Shown here: positions 9,467 through 16,751 of the stretch, in pieces
Position numbering within the stretch: the first letter of the stretch is position 1
Layout: every line of letters begins with the position of its first letter
IMG/VR virus record: IMGVR_UViG_3300001847_000838
Span: 26,296 to 90,295 of that record
Source: a virus
Strand: one strand, 5' to 3'
DNA length: 64,000 nucleotides
Made by a program: the position numbers and the translations under genes
Notes under the pieces: model-generated
Told to the model about the DNA's origin: nothing
What the model saw: the letters and a program-made list of their open reading frames with translations, nothing else
Database searches by the model: none

Positions 9467-10426
9467 ATGAGCAACAACGTACGCCCCATGCCGTTCTCCG
9501 ATGAAAAGGATGAATGCGGCAAACATCTTCCCTTGCCCGAAGACCGCCGTATAAATCATAAAGATCACTTTGAACTAGCGTACATGAGATGGCGTTATTT
9601 TATGCGATCTCCAAACCCCGATCCTAAACTGCTTAAAAAGTTTGAGCCACTCATAAAAAAAGTATCTCAACAAGCTTTTGGTAGGTTTAGACCACTTTTT
9701 AGAGCTACCGGTATGGACATTTCTGATATAGAAAATGTAGCTCGCGTTCAATTAGTAAGCTATTTAGGTTTATTCAGTATAGAGCATAATGTTAGTAATT
9801 TTAAAAAATACAAACAGGATGTCATAACTCGCCTAGGAAGGGCACCAACAATTCAGGAAATACAAGAAAAAGATCTAAATAACATGGCAGCTTTTATATC
9901 GCAAAGGCTGTTAGATATGTCAAGAGTATGCCAACAAAAAAACAAGCGGATGGTAGGCGAACAGTTTACTTATGCTATGTTTAAATTAATAGGCCCAGAA
10001 AATGTTAAAGCTACAGATTATGACCTAATGATGAATCCTAAGCTTCATGGCTATAAAAGGCTTTCTCAAGATGAACTTGTCAAAGTAAAAAGGTTAGTAA
10101 AGAGAAAAATGAACTCAAGTGAACGCTTTATAGTTGATGGAAAAACTTATCGCCTTGTGTACGAGACAAAGCCTAGAATAAACTTAGAAGGAATAGAAGG
10201 CTATGAAGATATGGTCTTTGTAAGTTCTCAAGATCAAGATAGCTATTCTAAGCTAGAGGAGTTTGAGAGCAGAAGTAGAATAGAAGCTTTACAAGATAGG
10301 TTCAAAAACTTATCAAAAAAAGAAAAGAAAAAGTTTTTAATAAAAGCTATTCAAAAACTTGAAAAGATTAAGGGAAACGAAGAAGAACTTAAGCTTGCAA
10401 AGAAGATGCTGGCTAGGTTAAGATAG
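9467..10426 (+). CDS. sigma-factor region 2-like protein (candidate late sigma)
   Basis: LLKKFEPLIKKVSQQAF...GMDISDIENVARVQL resembles sigma region 2; no intact region 4 HTH at the C-terminus. Confidence 0.45.
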   Translation: MSNNVRPMPFSDEKDECGKHLPLPEDRRINHKDHFELAYMRWRYFMRSPNPDPKLLKKFEPLIKKVSQQAFGRFRPLFRATGMDISDIENVARVQLVSYLGLFSIEHNVSNFKKYKQDVITRLGRAPTIQEIQEKDLNNMAAFISQRLLDMSRVCQQKNKRMVGEQFTYAMFKLIGPENVKATDYDLMMNPKLHGYKRLSQDELVKVKRLVKRKMNSSERFIVDGKTYRLVYETKPRINLEGIEGYEDMVFVSSQDQDSYSKLEEFESRSRIEALQDRFKNLSKKEKKKFLIKAIQKLEKIKGNEEELKLAKKMLARLR

Positions 10427-10429
10427 CGT

Positions 10430-10945
10430 ATGCCAAACGACCAGGATGAAAGAGATATTTACGACGAAATTGGCACCTGGTATTCTTCAGAGTGCGATGA
10501 AAGAGGCGATCTTCCTAAAGGGGGAAAAGATGATCGCGTACTTTGTTTTATGAAGCTATTTAGTCGGTTAAAAAACAAAGGATACCTACTAAAAGATATA
10601 AAGTCTTCTAAAATAGTTCAAACCGTATGTCAACATTATTATCCAAAATATGAAGCAGCAGCAATAAAGAAAAAAGGTAGAAACTTTGTAAACTCTTGGA
10701 AATCAGGTGTTGATAAAGACTTTTATAGGGCACTTTATCGTATATATATTCCAGAAGATGAAGTTGGTAAAGTGGAAACGCTTATTGTTCCTGAGGCCCC
10801 TAAAGTTTTAATAGAAGAAAAATTTCAAAGACAAAGTGTAGAACTTGATAAAAGCTTAGTATCTAGTGGTATGGGAGCTGCTAAATTTGAGGTAGACAAG
10901 GAAGTTTGCGATCTCTTTGGTATACCGGAGGATCATCGTGAGTGA
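10430..10945 (+). CDS. hypothetical protein upstream of helicase
   Basis: ORF in operon; position would suit a helicase loader, but no motif seen. Confidence 0.55.
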   Translation: MPNDQDERDIYDEIGTWYSSECDERGDLPKGGKDDRVLCFMKLFSRLKNKGYLLKDIKSSKIVQTVCQHYYPKYEAAAIKKKGRNFVNSWKSGVDKDFYRALYRIYIPEDEVGKVETLIVPEAPKVLIEEKFQRQSVELDKSLVSSGMGAAKFEVDKEVCDLFGIPEDHRE

Positions 10946-12023
10946 TTCGATGAAAAGGATACAAGAAGACTTTGAGAGGCGGATGGAGGAAGAGTCTACT
11001 CTTTTGTCTAAAAAAAGGCAAATTGAGAGCATCCGCATAGAGCAAGAATATGATCGAATTCAAAGATCAAAAGAAGAATCGCAGTTTTACAGCAATATGG
11101 GCATTGGAGAGGACGATCCAGAAGAATTAGATCGTCTACAGCGAGAAAACACCGAGTTTTTTGAAGCCTCTAAAACTCGAATGTCTTTTATTAACGATGA
11201 ATTTATGGACGTAGTGCCCTTTTTTGCTAAGCAGTTACTATTGATAGGAGCAGAAACTGGGCAGGGCAAATCTACTACTGCAGCCAATATTATATATACA
11301 TGCTTACGTCAAGGAAAAAGGTGTCTTCTTATAACTAATGAAGAAAATCCCACAGACGTATATAATAGAATTGTATGTTTAATAAAAGGATGGAATTACG
11401 ATCCCAAAAATTGGGCAGAAGAGCAAAAGAACGAAATGAATTCTTTTTATGTTCACCTTAGAAAATACATAACTATTATAGATGATAATTACAAAAAACA
11501 TAGAGGCGTTACCACTACATATGAAGGATTTTGCGGTATTTTAGATAACTTGCTAACTCATGATGTTAAGTTTGATGCTGTACTTGTAGATTATGTGCAA
11601 AAAATCAACGTAAGCATTAAATCTCCAACCAAAAAAGGTTGGGAAATTTTGAGAATGGTTACAGATAGACTGACTAGCTTTAAAAATGAATACATGGCCC
11701 CAGTAGTTTTGCTTGCGCAGCTTCACGCGGATGCTGAAGACAAAAGTTTTGAGGGTAGGCTAAAAGGTTATCATGGCATGCTTGAAGCTATGACGTGCGC
11801 CGTTGAACTCCGTCCAGATAAACAGGGCTATAGATCAGAATGGATTATAAAAAAGAGCCGTTGGCCTATTGAACAACAAGGGTTTTTTACCGGATGGTTT
11901 AATGGCTTATTTGTAAGTGAAAAAAACGATAAATATCAAAAATGGAAAAAAGACAAATTAATGTCAAGAGCTAGAAATTTAATGGAGGTTCAAGATGGAG
12001 AGATTGACAAGCTTGGAACGTGA
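10938..12023 (+). CDS. SF4 (DnaB-like) replicative helicase
   Basis: GAETGQGKST Walker A, LITNEE, VLVDYVQ Walker B, LLAQL; GTG at 10938 with GGAGG SD. Confidence 0.8.
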   Translation: MSDSMKRIQEDFERRMEEESTLLSKKRQIESIRIEQEYDRIQRSKEESQFYSNMGIGEDDPEELDRLQRENTEFFEASKTRMSFINDEFMDVVPFFAKQLLLIGAETGQGKSTTAANIIYTCLRQGKRCLLITNEENPTDVYNRIVCLIKGWNYDPKNWAEEQKNEMNSFYVHLRKYITIIDDNYKKHRGVTTTYEGFCGILDNLLTHDVKFDAVLVDYVQKINVSIKSPTKKGWEILRMVTDRLTSFKNEYMAPVVLLAQLHADAEDKSFEGRLKGYHGMLEAMTCAVELRPDKQGYRSEWIIKKSRWPIEQQGFFTGWFNGLFVSEKNDKYQKWKKDKLMSRARNLMEVQDGEIDKLGT

Positions 12024-12324
12024 AGAAATTGAATTGCTAAGCATGCAGCTAACAGGACGTAGTTCCGCTTGGCAAACAATGGTTAAAAGGGGAATTATAG
12101 AAAAAGTTTTAGATGAAGAAGGAAAACAAGTTTTTTATAAGGGGTCTCCTTTATCTCGTACAATCTACAAAACAGAGCGTGAAATTTTAGATATGCTAAA
12201 AGATCTTAAAAATAAAAAAGATGCCTTTCAGCGTGCTCAAGAAGAAGCTAAAGAAAAAGCAGCCAAAGAACAAGAGATACTTAAGCAAGTTCAGGGGGCT
12301 ACGGGAAGCGTATCGGGAGGCTAG
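11995..12324 (+). CDS. hypothetical protein
   Basis: GGAGG SD; coiled-coil C-terminal half. Confidence 0.6.
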   Translation: MERLTSLEREEIELLSMQLTGRSSAWQTMVKRGIIEKVLDEEGKQVFYKGSPLSRTIYKTEREILDMLKDLKNKKDAFQRAQEEAKEKAAKEQEILKQVQGATGSVSGG

Positions 12325-12328
12325 TAGC

Positions 12329-13219
12329 GTGATCTCGGAATCTGGAAGAAAACTTCTAAAGTTACTATTCAATGAGGGGGAACATATCTGTGTTAGTCAT
12401 GATGGTTATGGATATCACAGCATACCGTTAGAAAGCCTTGAATATGCTACTTTAGAGCTAAAAGCTCCCCCAGATAGCAAGCTTAAAGATACAGCTATAT
12501 GTACGTCTGAAATAAAACTGGTAGCAATAAATCCTGTTAGTGGGCTTAGAAGAGATGAAAACTGTACGGCATACCGTACATTTATGATTGAGATGGATGA
12601 TAGGGATTTAAAATCTCAAATGCGCTACGTAAAGGATAAAGGTATGCCCTACAGCGCATGCGTTTATTCCGGAGGTAAATCGTTGCATTTTGCAATAACT
12701 GTAGATCGCGATTTTCCTAACTATAAGATGTACTATTATTATGCCTGTTGGATACTAAAAGTTATGTCTTCTGCTGACCAAAACACTAAAAACCCTACAA
12801 GAAGTATCAGGATGGCTGGCGCCAAAAGAGAGACAGGCAAAGAGCAAAGGCTTATAGAGATTAAAGGCAGGGTTAGCGTTGACGATCTCAATACATGGTT
12901 ATCTAAGTTTGATTCGCTAAGGCCTGAAGGATTCTCTAACAAAAATGAAGATGTAGACAGTGCAAATGTTAATTTAATAGGCAGTAAGCATATACCTGCA
13001 TGGGTTTTTAATGCGCTAAAAAACGGCGTTAACGAAAGTGCAAAGTTTGGAAGAAACGTACAATGGTTTAAAATAGCCTTAGCCTTAGGCAAGGCTGGGT
13101 ATGATGAAGATAAGGCTATAGTTTTGCTTGACCGTTACTTTGAACCAGAGTATGATTTTAAGAGACAGGAATGGCTGTCCACCGTTCGTAGCGGTGTGCG
13201 TAACGGAATAAAGAAATGA
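12329..13219 (+). CDS. AEP-family primase with helical C-terminal domain
   Basis: FMIEMDD (motif I), YSGGKSLH (motif II), TKNPTRSIRMAG; GTG at 12329 with GGGAGG SD; follows helicase. Confidence 0.7.
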   Translation: MISESGRKLLKLLFNEGEHICVSHDGYGYHSIPLESLEYATLELKAPPDSKLKDTAICTSEIKLVAINPVSGLRRDENCTAYRTFMIEMDDRDLKSQMRYVKDKGMPYSACVYSGGKSLHFAITVDRDFPNYKMYYYYACWILKVMSSADQNTKNPTRSIRMAGAKRETGKEQRLIEIKGRVSVDDLNTWLSKFDSLRPEGFSNKNEDVDSANVNLIGSKHIPAWVFNALKNGVNESAKFGRNVQWFKIALALGKAGYDEDKAIVLLDRYFEPEYDFKRQEWLSTVRSGVRNGIKK

Positions 13220-13827
13220 GCAGAACAAAAAACGATAACAATATAGAGATGTTTCATGGGTATGGATTGCATATTCCTACACGTACCATCTTTATAGGTA
13301 GTGAATCCAGTCCAGACTCTGGGTTAGAAATGGGCGAATCTGGTACCGATCACGTTATGGCAGAAAAAGCTACAAAAAATTTGCATATATTAGAGCAGAT
13401 AAGCAATGAGCCGATAACTATTATTATGAATAATCCTGGCGGAGATGTATGGCACGGACGGGCTATATATGATGCTGTAAAATCATGCAAAGCACATGTA
13501 ACAATGCTTGTAAGAGGTCAAGCAATGAGTATGGGTGCCTATATCTTACAGGCTGCGGATAAAAGGATTATTTCAAAAGGCGCTAAAATAATGGTACATT
13601 ACGGCCACGTAAGTGTTGGTGGAGAAGCCTTAACTGTATACAGACAAATAGAAGAATATAAACGTGAAGATCGAGAAATGGAAAGAATTTTATTAGAAAA
13701 AATAAAAGAAAAGCATCCGCTTTTTACCTTACAAAAGCTTAAAAAAATGCTTACTAACGATACCTTTTTAAGCGCAAAACAGGCTGTAGAGCTTGGCTTA
13801 GCAGATGAAGTTGAGTCTGGACAATAA
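13216..13827 (+). CDS. clpP: ClpP-family serine protease
   Basis: MNNPGGDV, QAMSMGAYIL (Ser), IMVH (His), DTFLSAKQAVELGLADEV (Asp). Confidence 0.9.
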   Translation: MSRTKNDNNIEMFHGYGLHIPTRTIFIGSESSPDSGLEMGESGTDHVMAEKATKNLHILEQISNEPITIIMNNPGGDVWHGRAIYDAVKSCKAHVTMLVRGQAMSMGAYILQAADKRIISKGAKIMVHYGHVSVGGEALTVYRQIEEYKREDREMERILLEKIKEKHPLFTLQKLKKMLTNDTFLSAKQAVELGLADEVESGQ

Positions 13828-13833
13828 AATTTC

Positions 13834-14424
13834 ATGAGACAAAATACTTTGTATGTAGAAATTGAGCAAAAATATAAAGCCGATCATATGAATTGGGATA
13901 AATTTGTTCAATTAGTTTGTTCAATGGGGCCAGTAAAACAGCTTAGGATATTGGGGCCGGATACTTATTATTTGCTCGGTAAAGAAGTTTTGCGCTGGAG
14001 ATTTAGCAAAGAAAAATCTGAACTTACCGTAAAAAATAGATGCTCTTCTAAAAGTACTTTTGTTAGAAAAGAAGTTGATTTAAACATAGAAGAAAATTCT
14101 CCTAAAACTATAATTGCTTTTTTAAAAGTTTTAAAATGCAAAAAACTATTTAGAATCTATAAAGACTGTCATATTTTTTGGTTTGATAGAAAAGAAGGAA
14201 AAGTTTCTATAGTTATATATGATGTAAAATGTAAAGGAAAAAAAAGAAAAAGATTTATAGAGATTGAAGCGGATAAGGGGCAAAATTATGATGCTTCTAA
14301 AAAACTTGTAAGAATTTGGGAAAAAAGATTAAAGCTTAAAATATGGCAACGTATTAATCGTAGTCTTTATGAAATTTATAGTGGAAAAATTATGCGTGTA
14401 GAAAATTTAAGGAGATCTTTATGA
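13834..14424 (+). CDS. CYTH-domain protein (class IV adenylate cyclase/triphosphate tunnel metalloenzyme-like)
   Basis: EIEQK (ExExK), DTYY, LRWR, ELTVK, RKEV, FIEIE, SLYEIY. Confidence 0.75.
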   Translation: MRQNTLYVEIEQKYKADHMNWDKFVQLVCSMGPVKQLRILGPDTYYLLGKEVLRWRFSKEKSELTVKNRCSSKSTFVRKEVDLNIEENSPKTIIAFLKVLKCKKLFRIYKDCHIFWFDRKEGKVSIVIYDVKCKGKKRKRFIEIEADKGQNYDASKKLVRIWEKRLKLKIWQRINRSLYEIYSGKIMRVENLRRSL

Positions 14425-14915
14425 GATTTTGGAATATTACAGAAGAAGATAAAAATTATCAAGAAGCTATAGCTAGGCAAGCAGCTGAAGATTCAAACGC
14501 TTATGGTCAAGGAAAAATGTCAATCGCAGCAAGAATTAAGAACGCAGTAGCTTTAGTTTCTGATATAAAAACCGATTCTGGATCTGATATGTTTATGTTG
14601 TCAAGCTATATGGCGCACTCACTTGAAGCAGTTTATAGGTTGATTGGCTCTATAGATATGTCAGATGAAGCTAAAATTACTATAGCTAACGCTATAAAAA
14701 ATATTGAAAATTCTCCCTCAAGATTTGCTGAAGCAAAAAAACTGCAACAAATAGAGGCTAGAAAAAAATATATAGAAGATGCTGCCGCTCGTAAGGCTGA
14801 ATTGGCAAAAATGGAAGCTGAAGCCAACAATCAAGTAATAGAAAATAAAGCTAGCAATTTTTTAGATACCACTATGCTAGTTAACGTGCAGGGGAGCGAC
14901 GATGAGCCAGCATAA
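14421..14915 (+). CDS. hypothetical protein
   Basis: coupled ORF, helical. Confidence 0.6.
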   Translation: MRFWNITEEDKNYQEAIARQAAEDSNAYGQGKMSIAARIKNAVALVSDIKTDSGSDMFMLSSYMAHSLEAVYRLIGSIDMSDEAKITIANAIKNIENSPSRFAEAKKLQQIEARKKYIEDAAARKAELAKMEAEANNQVIENKASNFLDTTMLVNVQGSDDEPA

Positions 14916-15936
14916 GTATCAACATGATTTTTCTTGGGGAGATACAAGAGGAGTCCGTAAAGTAATGGACAATGAACTTCGTCGGATTGGGCTACATATA
15001 GTACCTCAAGATCTTAACGGGTTTGGCTATCCTCCCCACGAAGGCTATCCAGAATTAATTGTGCAAGTACGAAAACTCATCAAAGATCTTGCTAATTTAG
15101 AGTACAAATACGTACTTATTACAAATGGAGCTACTCATGGTTTGAATGCATATATATATGCAGCAAAACGAATGCATGGGCACAGAAAAGAAATAACTGG
15201 ACTGGTAACAAAAAAACTTTATTTTCCCTTTTATCCCCAAATAGCTACTATAAATGGGTTAAATCATAAAAACTATTCTCCCAACTTTGATGGTAATCTA
15301 CCTCATCTAGACGATTTAGGTATAATAGATTCACCTAGCAACCCAGAAGGGGTTATGAGCCGTGGCGGCTTATCTGGTACCAGAGTGGTATGGGATGCAG
15401 CCTATCATTCTCCAACATATTGTGGTGTTGAAAAAGAAGGAAAGTTGGTATGCCCAAACATTTTTCCTGCTCATGAAGCTATGGTTGGATCCTTAAACAA
15501 GCTGACGGGAATAAACGGTTTAAGGGTTGGGTGGCTAGCAACAAACAGCTGGAGTCTGTACACAGATGCTTTGCATTATGCCGAAACAACCTTATGTGGA
15601 GTTAGTGGTCCTAGCCAAGAATATGCAACAAAGATCTTGGAAAGAGTAGACTTGCATCCGTTTTATTGTCAATCAAAAAAAGTTTTAGATGAAAACCGAA
15701 ATGAGTTACAACGCCTTGGGTACCTTTTTGGTGGACAGCCTATCTTTCCTTACGGTATGTTCGCCCTGTTTGAGGTGGATGATAGCCTGAAAGATCTTTT
15801 TGAGAAAGCCTCCGTTAACGTAAAAAGAGGCAAGGATATAGGCGATGAACGCCAAAGCGTTCGGATTAACTTAGCCAACACGAACGAGTCAATGAAGGCC
15901 ATGGTTGATGCGGTACTAAAAATAGATAAAAGTTAG
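14902..15936 (+). CDS. PLP-dependent aminotransferase class I/II
   Basis: ITNGATHGL, DSPSNPEG, WDAAY, GSLNKLTGINGLRVGW (PLP lysine). Confidence 0.88.
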   Translation: MSQHKYQHDFSWGDTRGVRKVMDNELRRIGLHIVPQDLNGFGYPPHEGYPELIVQVRKLIKDLANLEYKYVLITNGATHGLNAYIYAAKRMHGHRKEITGLVTKKLYFPFYPQIATINGLNHKNYSPNFDGNLPHLDDLGIIDSPSNPEGVMSRGGLSGTRVVWDAAYHSPTYCGVEKEGKLVCPNIFPAHEAMVGSLNKLTGINGLRVGWLATNSWSLYTDALHYAETTLCGVSGPSQEYATKILERVDLHPFYCQSKKVLDENRNELQRLGYLFGGQPIFPYGMFALFEVDDSLKDLFEKASVNVKRGKDIGDERQSVRINLANTNESMKAMVDAVLKIDKS

Positions 15937-16400
15937 TTGCTCACTTTTACGATAGTTACCATACAGTTGCTATCAGTAACATTTGATCCAAGATTAGTCT
16001 GAAGATAAACAATATCACCAACATTTAGATTGCCTGTCCATGCAATACTGCCCGTAAAATTTATTGCGCTATATACCATTCCCCGCAATCCTTGAGCATA
16101 TGTAATAGGGGTGTCGGGGTTGGTAGTTAACGCTGTACCGTTTACAACAATAGCTATAGCTTGTGTTGTAGTTGTTGATTTATCACAATATGTAATAGAA
16201 TATATTCCAACTTCATTAATAGTAAATGTTCCGCCTAATGTAGAACTGTCTGCATAAGTAATTGCAGATCCTACATTTTTTCTTATATTTGAAAATCTAC
16301 GTATTTTTGTATTAGTTGAACCGTATCCATTACCAGTATCAACAGTAACTTCGCTACGCGGTACTGACGTATCGTTAAAAATCCTATTTGTTTGCGGCAT
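15933..16400 (-). CDS. small tail-fibre tip-like beta protein
   Basis: T/S/G/N-rich beta composition (FTINEVGIYSITY); last gene of the fibre block. Confidence 0.55.
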   Translation of the reverse strand: MPQTNRIFNDTSVPRSEVTVDTGNGYGSTNTKIRRFSNIRKNVGSAITYADSSTLGGTFTINEVGIYSITYCDKSTTTTQAIAIVVNGTALTTNPDTPITYAQGLRGMVYSAINFTGSIAWTGNLNVGDIVYLQTNLGSNVTDSNCMVTIVKVSN

Positions 16401-16403
16401 ATT

Positions 16404-16739
16404 TTACCCCATTAAAGCCGCGATCTCTTCGTCGGAGAGACCGAGGATTTTTAGTTTTGCTTTTCCAGAAGCAGCCTTAGCCTCAACATCAGCTTTGCGA
16501 GCTTCTTGAGATTTATAAGAAGCACACATTTCATGATCTTCATCATCAAGCTCTTCCCATTTAACATCGATTGCCAAGATGATGTCCTCCGAAGGTTCCT
16601 CTAAAAAGTGAAGCTTCAAAGAAGAATTTGCAGAATTTCCGCAATAATGCTCTCCGCAATTTGCTTTTGCCCAAATATCAAATGCCTCAAGATTTATCTT
16701 GTGCTCTTTCCAACTTAATTCTTTTGTGTATTTAACCAT
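16404..16739 (-). CDS. hypothetical protein (possible fibre assembly factor)
   Basis: directly follows fibre gene; C-terminal KAKLKILGLSDEEIAAL is a motif often seen next to fibre genes. Confidence 0.55.
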   Translation of the reverse strand: MVKYTKELSWKEHKINLEAFDIWAKANCGEHYCGNSANSSLKLHFLEEPSEDIILAIDVKWEELDDEDHEMCASYKSQEARKADVEAKAASGKAKLKILGLSDEEIAALMG

Positions 16740-16751
16740 TGTTTTTGCTCC

